A stretch of DNA of 64,000 nt, taken from NCBI RefSeq assembly GCF_009914755.1, contig NC_060932.1. One strand, written 5' to 3'. Below the pieces are notes generated by a model, which worked only from the letters and a program-made list of their open reading frames with translations, made no database searches and was not told the DNA's origin. Both the position numbers and the translations under genes were made by a program. This document shows, piece after piece, positions 52,230-64,000 of this stretch. The stretch's first letter is position 1; each line of letters begins with the position of its first letter. This DNA is from the human T2T-CHM13v2.0 reference genome, Homo sapiens.

Positions 52230-52770
52230 GTTTCCTTCTCTTCTGTCTCTAGGGTCTTCTCCTTAGTAGCTTATTCCATGTCATGTTTTCCACTAATCTT
52301 CATGAGGCTTATTTCCAAATCTATTTCCCCAGCATGACCTCTTTCCACAGCTTCATCCATATAGATCTAATTCTTATTTGACATCTCCACCTGAAGTCCT
52401 GCTGACACCTCTAACTCAATTTGTTCAATGCTGAGCTCATCTTTTTTCTACAAAACCTGTTCACCATCCTGCTCCCTATTTTGTTAACAGCTCCCTGCTG
52501 AAGCCAGTGATGCAGGCTCTAGTGCACATTGATAACTTTGAATCAACCCTTTTCTTTCTTCACTTCTGCATCCAACTATTTTTTGTTGATTCTATTTCTG
52601 TGCTATCACTCCTGCCATTTTCTCTCCTTCCTGCTACTGTTATCCTATTTCAGGACCTCATTTTCTTTCTCTCATGTAGGTAGTGTACTTTTAGCCATAA
52701 GAGTAACACGACTCTCTATTTAGCAAAATCAGATCTTCAAAATTCTTCTCTTGATGGAGACTTTTCAGGT
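52230..52770 (+). mobile_element. L2 fragment
   Basis: TTCCAAATCTATTTCCCCAGC...TTGACATCTCCACCTG...CTCTAACTCAAT. Confidence 0.75.
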
Positions 52771-52795
52771 GAGGAGGAGGAGGGGGAATTTAGAC

Positions 52796-52976
52796 TGGTG
52801 ATTCTCAACCTTGGTTGCTATTGGAATTAACCAGAATAACTCTGGAAAACACTCATGCCTTGCTTCTACTCCCAAAGGCTCTAATTTAATTGATCCAGGA
52901 TGTGTCCTGGAGCATCAAAGTTTTTTAAAAATATCTCCACATAATTTTAATGTGTAGTTAAGGTTGAGAACCACCA
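52796..52976. mobile_element. MER5 (MER5B-like) hAT MITE
   Basis: TIRs TGGTGATTCTCAACCTT / AAGGTTGAGAACCACCA; 8-bp TSD ATTTAGAC/AACTAGAC. Confidence 0.9.
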
Positions 52977-54627
52977 AACTAGACCAAGAGAACCCACTTT
53001 TCTCCCCTTTTTGATTGACATTTCCACCACCACCACTCTTGCTGGAAAAGTGAAAAAACTTTTGTACCTCAAGACAGGATGGAAATTTTCAAAGACTTTT
53101 ACAAATACTAAACAGAAGGGAAATTTTAAAAATGAAGTATGAAAACATCATACTTATACTATGATAGTTAGCTTTCTCTAATCTAAAAGATGAATATATC
53201 AATACAACACAGTAGCTACAGCATCTGTTTAAAAAATAATATATAAACCTAGAGGCATAAGAAGATTCCACTCTCTTATTCATTCTCTCTGTTTCCAATT
53301 TTCTCTACCTCAGTCTCAAGCATTATTGCCAAATTTATTCTCTTGAAAACCAGCTTTTAATATATCAATCCCTTTCTCAAAATTTTTCAATACCTCCTCA
53401 TTACTCACTGGAAAAAAAATTAAAAGTTCTTTCCTAATTTGATCTACAATTTACTATTTCAACTTTCTTTACTGTAACTCTCTTTCATACATTCCTGCCT
53501 TCTGGACTTTGCTTACACTGTTCTGTATCATTGCCCCCTTCCAATTCCATTTGTATAAAGTTTTGTAATCCTTAAAGATTCTGCTCACTTACCATCTCCT
53601 CTGAAGAGCTTTTAGAGAACATTGTAGAAGCAATTTTTCCATCCCCTTAAATAGCACAGTCCTTTTGTTGTCTATAAAACTAATTTATTAATCATAAAAA
53701 ACTTTCCGCATTGATATTTTTTGGTTCATAAAATTAATTATTTCCACCATTTAATATTTATTGAGTACCTGCTGTATGGGCTTTGTGCTAGAGATATACA
53801 TAGACCATTTCAGACAAGGTCCCTGCCCACGATGAGAGACTGAGCAGGATACAAGGACTTTAATTAAGCAGGTGACACTGTTATTTGTGATTATGTCTGA
53901 GAATTGGAGGGAAAAAGTAAATGAGCATCAGACTATGAACTTTCATACTCTGTTAATAAAGTGTATCATCTTTCTAAATGAAACAAGCAATTGAACCAAT
54001 GATGATTATGCCCCTAACTCTAAAGACTTGGTCTTAGAAGTAAGTGAGCTAATGAGAAATAAGCCTCTGATTTTGATAGAATAATCTTGGAGAAATGAGA
54101 CTAGTGAGGATCAGTCTACAGATTCTGATAGTAAGGTTTGGGGGGTGCAGGGGAATCTGAGGTTTGGCATTGGTCATAACCAGCTTCTGCAGTCCTCATT
54201 TTCCTGATTGGATGATCTCTGAAGACTCCACTTGATTTTTTGGGTCTTTCCAATAATAAACACTGGTAGTAGGAACCCACTAGCAGCCAGGCTGTGAATT
54301 GTGTGAAGACACTAATGTCTAATTTGTCACCAGCTACATCCACCATGCAGGAGAATGTCAGGACAATGAGGGTCTCCTGGCTTGTGACCAAGGTGGGAAA
54401 TTGGGGCAAAAAGGAAAAGGTACTAATAGTTCTTGCTTTAACCACTAAAAGAAGTAATCAGTTGTGCCCTTTTACTTTTAAAGGCTTGATATTGAGCCTT
54501 CACTGTAATGAACCCTTGTAGGGGGTTTGGAATATCTGGCATCCCTTTAATTCCTCTAGTAATTTCAAGGAATAAGAAGGCCTTTCACAAATAATTTATC
54601 ACTTTTTACCTCAGTTTTACTTATTAA

Positions 54628-54891
<264 letters not shown>

Positions 54892-54986
54892 CATTTAATA
54901 TATTTTTAATCACTCAGATTAGATGATAAGTTTCTTGGAGGAAAAATCAACTTACCTGGGTATTCCTTAAAAATGCCCACTGCTGT

Positions 54987-55253
54987 GGCCGGGCACAGTG
55001 GCTCACCCCTGTAATCCCAGCACTTTAGGAGGCTGAAGCAGGAGGATCACCTGAGGTTAGGAGTTTGAGACCAGCATGACCAACATGGAGAAACCCCATC
55101 TCTACTAAAAATACAAAATTAGCCGGGCATGGTGGCACAAGCCTGTAATCCCAGCTACATGTGAGCCGGGGAGGCAGAGGTTGCCGTGAGCCAAGATTGT
55201 ACCATTGCGCTCCAGCCTGGGCAAGAAGAAAGAAACTCCATCTCAAAGAAAAA
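54987..55253 (+). mobile_element. AluSp-like with ~25-bp right-arm deletion
   Basis: TGACCAACATGGAGAAACCCC (Sp-type); TSD AAAAATGCCCACTGC; junction CCAGCTAC-ATG-TGAGCCGGG. Confidence 0.96.
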
Positions 55254-55331
55254 AAAAATGCCCACTGCAATTCTTAGTACAGAGTAAATATTTGATAGCT
55301 ACTGTTTTATTCAACAAATGAATGAACAATA

Positions 55332-55775
55332 ACTATTAGTTTACTAAGGCTGACTTAGTAAAGTGGCAAAGTACTACAAACTGAGTGGCTTTACCACTTT
55401 TTGTGAGAAAATAAACAAAAGATGTTTGTTATCTCATGGGTTCTAGAAACAAGGTGTCCAGAATCAGGGTGTCAGCAGGTCTGGTTCCTTCTGCAGGCTG
55501 TGAGGGAAGGATCTCTTCTGGGTCTCCCTCCTTAGCTTGTAGATGACTGTCTTCTCTCTGTGCCTCTTTCTATTGTCTTCTCTCTATGCCTCTATGTTCA
55601 AATTTCCCCTTTTTATAAGGACAACGGTCATATTGTAGGGCCCACTCTAATGATAACACTAACTTGATTACCGCTATAAAGACCTATTCACCAAATGAGA
55701 TCACATTCTGAGGCACTGGGTGTTAGGAATTTCACATATGAACTTTGAGCAAGGAACACAATTCAACTCATAACA
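55332..55775 (-). mobile_element. MLT1B-like solo LTR
   Basis: GGTGTCAGCAGGTCTGGTTCCTTCTG...TTTTATAAGGACA...TCACATTCTGAGGCACTGGGTGTTAGG...ACACAATTCAACTCATAACA. Confidence 0.9.
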
Positions 55776-55848
55776 ATGAATAAAGTCTCCAAAACTCTGT
55801 GTGCCCTTCTTTCTTCTACTTTCTCCATTTGTTAGACTTATTCTAGAA

Positions 55849-56061
55849 CAGCACTGTTCAATAGAACTTTCTGTGAGAAAGACATTATTTTCTGTCTTAG
55901 CTCTTTAATATGCTAGCCTGTAGTGAAGGTAGCCATTCATTTGAAATGTGGTTACTGTGGCCCCCAAAACATGAATTTTTAATTTTATTTACTAGTAATT
56001 TACTTTAATTTAAATGTAAATAGCTGCATATGGCTAGTGGCTACCACAGTGGGTTTCACAG
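55849..56061 (+). mobile_element. MER3 hAT MITE
   Basis: CAGCACTGTTCAATAGAACTTTCTGTGA...TTTAATTTAAATGTAAATAGCTGCATATGGCTAGTGGCTACC. Confidence 0.88.
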
Positions 56062-56234
56062 TCCTAAATGTTGGGAGATTGGGCCAAATTACTCATCAAA
56101 AGTAAATAGTTTACATGCCTGAGATTTGGAATAACATATCCAATGTGAATTCAGATTTGCATGGTTTTTAATATGAGAGATAAATATTAGCAACATATAT
56201 TCCTCAAAGAGATAAGAATTAGATAAGGCAGAAA

Positions 56235-56585
56235 ATGGAGGTTGCAAAGCTACAACCCATAAGAGCCAGGTGGTAACATATGCAGAGGCAATGACTTGGA
56301 AGGGAGAACTGATATACCAGCTGTGTTAAATGGCAGCAATTGGGCTCCAGTCCAGCAAAATGTTAGCTAAAAGGAGGTAGTTCCAGTATTGTTGGATCTT
56401 CTGCTGTTCCATGAAAAGCTGGAAATCTAGACTTTCATATGGAAACTCCTGATTTTTAATATTGACAACTGATTTGATAGTCTCCATGAGCAGTTTAAAT
56501 CTGGTTAAACACCAACAAAACATCCCATTGGCTGGAAATAGATTTGAGACTGGAAATAGAATTGAGACTTCCAGGTTGCAAGTTC
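56235..56585. mobile_element. hAT-Charlie MER102/MER113-like fossil
   Basis: GAGGTTGCAAA end; GATCTTCTG...AAAGCTGGAAATCTAGACTTT...CTCCTGATTTTTAATATTGACAACT. Confidence 0.6.
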
Positions 56586-57059
56586 TGTTTTGAAACAAAA
56601 ACTTCACAAAAACTTCCTTAGAAGAATTTTCCTTGATCCTATTATCCAAATATTATAGAACTCTTGGAAAACATCAAGTGTAAATAATATACCTGAATAA
56701 TGAGGTCTTTTTATATACTACAATTCAGAGAGAACTAAAATAATGAAACTTTGAGATGAATGTATTGTGAATTTTACTTCCAGAAACTTCTAACACCTGC
56801 ACTAGGCTGTGATGTTCCCAGGACTGACAGATGTGTTCCTGTCTCTGATCTTTTCTCATCAATTCAATTTAGAGAGCAAAAAAGAGGAGCCGACAGAAGG
56901 AAGATTGGTAATTGCCAGCTTTGCAGATGTTCAGATCTCTGTTTGACATACAGAGCTTCTCTTAAAAGACAGAGGATAAGAAGTATATATAATAAGTTAT
57001 TTACTTCCTATGAAAACATTTGCTTTTACTTAAATTTTTTGTTCATAAAATTAATTTTT

Positions 57060-57540
57060 TCAACTATTTAGCATTTACTGAGCATTTGTTTTCATGCCAA
57101 GTCACTGGTATCATGTTGGGGATAGTGCACAGGCTAGATCAATCAGTCATGGTCCCTGCCCACAGCAAGGTTGAAAACTGAGAAGAGTAACTAAGATTTA
57201 TGCAAATATTCTTCATGGCACTAATTCCAATGATAAGAATTGCTATGAAATAGAAGAGCTGAGTGCCGGGAGATCTTGAAACAGGGAATTCTAATGTTGT
57301 CTGGCAGAAGAAGTGGGGACAAGAGAGTTAGATCACCAAGAAAAGAGGTGCAGACAGGGTAAGGCGAGAAGGGTAGGGTGGGTGATATCCTGGGCAAAGA
57401 GAGAAGTTTAGGACTGCCCAAGAGCCAAGAGCAGGTCATTTTACCTGGAGAGTAAGAAGGAGAGGGGGTAAGGTAAGATTGACCAGGTCGTGTGGGGATT
57501 TGAGCTCATTTTCAAAGACAATAACAATTGGCCTAGTGGA
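57060..57540 (-). mobile_element. L2 fragment
   Basis: GCATTTACTGAGCATTTG...ATGCCAAGTCACTGG...TTGGGGATA...CATGGTCCCTGCCC. Confidence 0.7.
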
Positions 57541-57693
57541 AGCGTTCTACTGAGAATGCAAAGAAAGAATTGGGCTCTTGGATCCAAGTAATCTGCAAGT
57601 CAAGGCTATTTCTCAGTGGGGTTTACACCTCAGTGCACAACACCCAACCCCAATGCAAACTTCCCCTGTGCTTGGACAGTTTAAATATCACTC

Positions 57694-57946
57694 TGGTGAT
57701 TCTCAACTGAGACTATTTGGCCCCTCAGGGACAATTATTTGGCAATGTCTGCAGACATATTTCACTGTTTGATTTGTAGGGGAAGAGGAGGTGCTAGTGG
57801 CAGCTAGTGGGAAGAGGCCAGGGATACTGCTAAATGTCTTATAATACACTGGGCAGGCAGCTATGTCACCTCCCACCCCAACACACACATAACAAAGAAT
57901 TATCATTTCCAAAACACATCAATAATGTCAATGTTGTGAAAGCCGA
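57694..57946 (+). mobile_element. MER20
   Basis: GTGATTCTCAACTG...CCCCTCAGGGACA...TTTGGCAATGTCTGCAGACA...GAGGCCAGGGATACTGCTAAA...AACAAAGAATTATC. Confidence 0.88.
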
Positions 57947-58459
57947 GGTTAAAGTGAACATCAAAGGAAGCTGTAATAAATGGGACTGGGAGATAACAGC
58001 AACAGCAAGTAGAGATATCAAGAAGCAGGCCTGGAGGGGCAATAGCTCAGTTTTGTGGCTAAGTTTGCAAATCTGAAATTATGTTATAATACAAAAATTA
58101 TATTTTGACTATGTGCTTCTTTCTTCTCAATATACCAACTGCCAATGGCATCTTTCAAATATCTGGCCTAGGTCAATCAGCCTCATTTGCCATAGTAACC
58201 CTAGCTGTGGTTCTCTATGATCCACATCAAAATAAGTGTTGACAATATCGGCTGAATAAATACATGGATATTGTCTTATTTCTAAAAAATAAAATTTTGT
58301 ATAATTATGATAACTATTGAGCTACTAACTTGAGAAAGGCATACTCCAAACTTTAATGTAATCCTTACAGAAACCCTATAAGGAGCTTATTAGCTATAAC
58401 CAATAGAGGAAGAAACAGAGGCCAGTCAAGAAACGAGAGTGGCTTAAATTAAGTTTTTT

Positions 58460-58870
58460 AGTAGAATGGATGGTGAAATATAACCATATTTGGACCTGTT
58501 TTCTAGATGGATGAATAGGATCCATTAAGGGGTTAGATGATGATATTGAGGAGGGGAGGCAAGAATGATCCCCAGTGTTTTACTTGTGAAGGATGGTGGC
58601 TGTGGTGCTATTTACTGAGAAGAGGAAGATTTAATGGGGAATGAGTTTGGGTGAGTGGTGGCAAAACCCATAGTATGGCTGTGGACTTGTTATGTTTGAG
58701 AACATTCTAGTGGAAAAGCTGAATTGGCCATATGTCTTAGGGTGATAGGAGAGAAACTCAGGGAGAATATGCATTTTAGAGTGAGCCATGTATAAATGGT
58801 AAGTAAATCCAAGGACTGGATGAGCTCCCTAGAGAGGGAAGGCAGGTGTCCAACCCTGAGCTCAGAGAGC
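58460..58870 (-). mobile_element. L2 fragment
   Basis: GGCAAGAATGATCCCCAG...GGTGCTATTTACTGAGA...GGACTTGTTATGTTTGAG...GGACTGGATGAGCTC. Confidence 0.75.
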
Positions 58871-61389
58871 ACACGAGGTGTACTTTGTGACCAAGGTGTT
58901 TAGTCTCTTTACATCTCATTTTTCTCACCATAACATGACGGTTATAAAAATTGCTCACAGGTTGATGATGACAACTTGATGGAGATGATATTTCATAACA
59001 ACCTTGCATAGCGCCTTGCACGAGGTTTGGACATCAAATTCCTCTCTTTCAGTGTCCACGCCACTGTCCTCTGATAAATGAGATCTCAAGTGTGAATATT
59101 TTGATCATTAAGGCACTCATTTTAAATGAAAACTGAATAGATTATACGATTAGCATTAGAGTTTCAACAATTTTACAAAGTCCTGAATCAGTCTCAAGTT
59201 AAAAGTGAGAGACACCCTTGTGCTCAATCTATACCTGGAAGTTTCAAAATGTTTTGCAAACAACTCAAAGTGGCTTTCTACTGCTTCAAAGGCCTCAGAA
59301 AACCTCATGTGTCTGCAGGTATGAAAAAGAAGGGTTGATTGAACTGGAAACAAAAAGGGACTCATAGTGTCACTGTGCTGGAGGTGAGTGAGATAAAGAA
59401 TTTCTTTAGAAAGAGTTTTCATAAAATGTTCACTTAGTCAGTTTCCTTTTTCTTTCCCCAATATCTCAGCTAAATCTTGTTGGCTAACATGGACTTGGAC
59501 ACTGACACATCTTCCCATCTCTAGCCTCTGGCTCTAAGTTCTATTATTTTTATCTTACTCAAAAATTCATTTTCTAGCTTAAAGCCGTCTCCTGCCATGA
59601 ACCCACCCATGAAACACAATGAGAAACCAATGTGAAAGAAACAATCCACATTGTATAAAATAGTGTACATCCTTTACTTTGCTGAAATGCATTTTTAAAA
59701 ATTTAAGAGAAACAAAAAAACGATTATTTCCACTATGAGAAAATCAATTGGTTCTAGGGGATCAAAACAGGGTATCAAAAAAGCTGCTCGGATCTTGGTT
59801 CCACAAAGAGTACCCTGAGTGATAATGAGATATTGTTCAATAAAGTAGGGATGGCTAGACAATTGCAGTGATATAAAAACTTAATGCCAAGGCAATTTTT
59901 TTTTCCTCAATTGGAGCAAGGCTATCCTCTATTTGCATTTTTTTTTCTGCTGGATCCCAAAGAACATTACATAACCTAATGTTATTACTAAAATTATCTC
60001 TGTCCATGGAGCGGGAAGTAAGTAAAAAGTTGCAAATAAGATAGATAGAAAGATTTTACTTCATAATATAAGTGGGACTAAATTGAATTGCAAGAAAGAT
60101 TCTTTCTGTCTGATGGGTCGCGTATAAGTCAAATTAAGACGTATATTAAAAATTGTTCAATAGAGGAGCTCTACAATCTAAAACATGGTTCAGGGGACTA
60201 GACTAGGCTGGCACAGATAGAAGGGTAGGCCCTCTGCATAGAAAAGTAGAAGTTGTTTACCACACAAAGCCTGGATCATATCAAGAATGAATGAGAGAAT
60301 GTATGAATCAGAGCTAGATTAAGCTATGATTGATGATAATTGAAGGTTACTATAGAGAAAAATTACCAGCCTGTTCACTTTTCTGTAAATCTTTCTCTAA
60401 ATTATGATGTATAATTTATATATGCTAGTAATGAACAGACAATTTATATTATGCTTTTAATGCAAAGACATATTTTATAGGGAAACAGTCAGAGACTTGC
60501 TCCTCTGCTGGGCTACTTTTGCCTGCTCAGTCTTACCTCTGGGCCCGAGGAGTCAGACTAAAAACACCGTTCATCTGTTGGCAGTTTTCCAACTTGTGTC
60601 TTGGAAAAATTTAATATGCTTCTTTCGGATAGGTCATGTAAATGTAAAACCTATTAACCATTGAAGACTTCTTGAGCAATAGAAGGCAATACATTAGAGC
60701 TATGCTGCTCAAAGTACGTTCTGTAGACTGATGCTGATGAGAAGAGCACAGAAATCGAAAGCTAGCATTTAGAAACTCTTACAGCAATTTGATGTTGCCA
60801 TGATATGTAAACTAGTTACATGAAGTGGAACTATGCTATATCTGTAACTATTTGAAAATTTAAAAACAAAAACACAGCAAATAAACAAACCAACAAAATC
60901 ACAAGTGTGTAAAAAGAACCAAGTTAAAGAAACCAACACCATCTTGTATTTTGGTTCTAATGCTTGGAGCTGCTTGATGAGAATGGCCACCTATTTTTCT
61001 GAGTTGGAGTCATTTGACTCCACTTGGGGACCCACTTCAGGATCTGAGACAAGTCGTTTTCTTGAGAATGGAGAAAGGAGTGAAATTCTATGAAGCCCAA
61101 GCTCAACATTTATCCTTCAAGTAGCTGTTTATTAATTACTACTTGCCAGCTGCTGTGGGTTCTAGAGCTATAGATATGAATAAGAAAGCTTCCCTGAACC
61201 AAAGTGCTTAAAGTCCAACTGGAAAGGCTTCTAAGCAAGTTATTACAATATAACCTGATGAAGCCAGTCAACTTTTCTCCCTTCTTTCTCTTCTTCCTTC
61301 CCTGCATCCAGAAATACTTATTTTCTACATTTATACCTTTGTAAATATGATGCTCACTCTATTTTAAATAGTATGCATTACACCAAAGA

Positions 61390-61740
61390 CGTGGTGCTGA
61401 ATAAGGATGCTATCCTTCCTGTCACACAGGGAACTCCTTTATGAGAGAGACAGACATCAACTAAATAACTACATAGCTTATTTAATTAATTAATTGAGCA
61501 GGAGCTGCCACATATTAAAAGAAAAAGAACTGTAAATGCGTGTGCCAGGAAGACATAAACTTGATTGAACACACAGTGAGGGTGGATGGGTCAGTTGGGG
61601 AAGGTGTCCCTGAGGGTAGAATGTTTGAGCAGAGCGCTAAACAGTGTTTGGAATTCATCCCAATGAGGAAGTGGATGAAGATGTCTTCTGCAGAGACAGC
61701 ATGTACAAAGGTCCTGTGGCAGAAAGAAAGCCACTGTGGC
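61390..61740 (-). mobile_element. L2 fragment
   Basis: GAGAGACAGACATCAACTAAATAA...GGGAAGGTGTCCCTGAGG...GCAGAGACAGCATGTACAAAGGTCCTGTGGCAG. Confidence 0.8.
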
Positions 61741-62372
61741 AAAGGTGCTATGGGAGAGGGGATTGCCCTGCTTTGCCTGTCAACTAAAGCCGTTAGAGTT
61801 TACATATTATTTATACCTACTAATCTGGCTCTCACTTCATATCTTTTTTCTCCTCCCCCCCAACAGTCATAGTAATTGGATCTATGACTGTTCCCTTATT
61901 CGAGACCCTGTGTTGTAATGTCTCGCTTTCTCAAATGGAAGTCTTTTCTTTCTTCAGAGAACTTGCCTTCTCCCAGTTCATGCCTGGAATTTTAGTGATA
62001 AATTGTATTACCTCCTTCTTGATCCTTGGACTAAATTCACCTGTCCAGAAATGCACCACCCTTCGACCCTGTCCGTCCTTTGCTTTGGCCAAACAATACT
62101 CCTGCGTCAATCGTCCCTCACACTAGCTAATGCTGACGGCTTTCCTGGCCTCACATCTAGTGTGGTATCAACCCATATAAATAGAATACTCAGCTGGCTG
62201 AAAAACTTTCTCTAATTGCAGGAATTTAGCCCACCTCCTCCATGTTCTCCCCCATTCATTCCATGAACTTATTTAATGTGAAAGGAACTTTCCTGATCTT
62301 CTCTGTCTCCCTTCAATTGTCAATTCTCTGTTCACATCCTGTCTTGACTTACAGCATGTCCTCATAAAATAC

Positions 62373-62590
62373 GGTGCAGTGAGAAGAGAATAGACTTTTA
62401 GGTCAGATCAACTAGGATTAAAGTCCAGCTTGGATACTTGTTACCTGTGTGACCCCAGGAAAACATATCACCTTCTCTGAGCATTAGTATCCTGTATAGC
62501 AAACAGGCTTACACAATACTTAGCCTCTGGTTGAGACTACTACATGAGGCAATGTATAGCACCTGCTTCACAATGAATTCTTTCTTTCTA
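62373..62590 (+). mobile_element. MIR
   Basis: GGTGCAGTGAGAAGAGAATAGACTTTAGGTCAGA...TTACCTGTGTGACC...CCTTCTCTGAGC. Confidence 0.75.
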
Positions 62591-63332
62591 GCTATCCAGC
62601 TTGTGTTTTTAAACCTTATTTCATCACAGCAAAAACTAACCCAGATAAAAAGAACAGTGAATCCACACATCAGACAAATGAGAGGTAACTTACATTGTCA
62701 GTTTTAGCCTCAGTCACCTTACTGAGGAGTCTGATATAGACACATGTTGTCTTTTTATTAATATCTCACTTAGCTGATATTCTATCACAGAAGCCAGTGT
62801 ATCCCCATGAAATTCTCTTTAACTTTTTTATTAACTAATTAATGGAATTGGGGAGATAGATATCATTTAATGGAATACTTCTCCCTCCCTAAGAAAAGTT
62901 TCACATGCATAAATTAATAAGGTCATGCATTTGCACTTGGCCAAGTGCTGGCTCTTACAGCCATAAGTGCTACGTGGCTGTGAAGTAAGGGGAAGAGAAA
63001 GAATGATTAACTGATGTAGAAAGAGAAGGAGGCAGAGGGTTGGGAGTCTGGGTGAGAAAGCAGAGGCAAAGCTGGCCCTGATAGGAAGAGATGAACTAAA
63101 TGTAATGGGATGATGTGAGCCGGGGTAGTGGGGGAGCAGGGCTGTGAGGAGGGCCAGGCAGAACAGCAGCGAGTTTCTTAGGACAGCAAGCTTACAGTCT
63201 GATGAGCAGGACAGGAGGGTTTACACTGAGCTGCAAGGTATGGGGTGCCACCTAAATGCTGCCACTGTGTGATGTGGGGAGGTACAAAGCTTCAAAGGGC
63301 TCAGCTCTTGTCTTAAAAGAAGTGATAATCTG

Positions 63333-63636
<304 letters not shown>

Positions 63637-63814
63637 CTAGAGGAGGAAAGAGACTTTCATTACAATAATGTGAGAATTATGTGTCAAATGCCACGATGAA
63701 GGGATAGTCTATGAACATCCCCCTATGAGGGATGGTCATTGCTTGTAGACCATCCCCCCAGAAGATGGTATGTGCTCCTGGGGAAGTCAAGAATGGCATC
63801 TCAGTGGACGTGTC

Positions 63815-64000
63815 TGTCTTAGGTCAGTTTACAAGCAGCAGAGCCTGAGATGGGATTTTATTTAGGGTGAACTCTTAGAGGAGCCTGATAGCAAGGGAAG
63901 CAGGATAGGGCAGGGGAAGCAGCTCTGCAAAGATGTGCTTTCAACTTGTGCCACAAAGGTTGTCTCATCCAGAGGCAAGAGGCCTGAGCTGTCATTCCTC
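63815..64000 (-). mobile_element. ERVL LTR16/LTR33-like, probably continuing past the window end
   Basis: TGTCTTAGGTCAG...AGCAGAGCCTGAGATGGGATT...GGGAAGCAGGATAGGGCAGGGGAAG...GCAAAGATGTG. Confidence 0.65.

Noticed and set aside
59310-59392. CTGCAG|GTATGA recursive-splice-like site and downstream GAG|GTGAGT
   Set aside because: Weak polypyrimidine tract; such motifs are expected by chance in 64 kb

Overview
Primate (human-like) non-coding genomic DNA. It is AT-rich and CpG-depleted, with no CpG island. I found no credible protein-coding gene, RNA gene or CRISPR array: the listed ORFs are short and come from Alu, L1, L2, LTR or low-complexity sequence. The window is dominated by interspersed repeats. 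These are 12 Alus (most with readable TSDs), two ~1.9 kb L1 3' fragments, about a dozen solo LTRs (THE1, MST, MLT1, MER39-like, LTR16-like), hAT/Tigger fossils, and many MIR and L2 pieces, separated by repeat-free islands that may be enhancers. The most unusual things directly visible are traces of DNA repair or template switching: a perfect 68-bp inverted copy of an ancient MER20 end, an older ~200-bp segment copied between two L2 elements 3 kb apart, a tail-less Alu with intact TSDs, and a closely spaced inverted Alu pair in which both members carry deletions. There is also a candidate 24-nt neural-type microexon. Repeat subfamily names come from recalled consensus sequences, and MIR/L2 boundaries are approximate. 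I cannot identify the locus, and I see no evidence for a novel multi-gene system.
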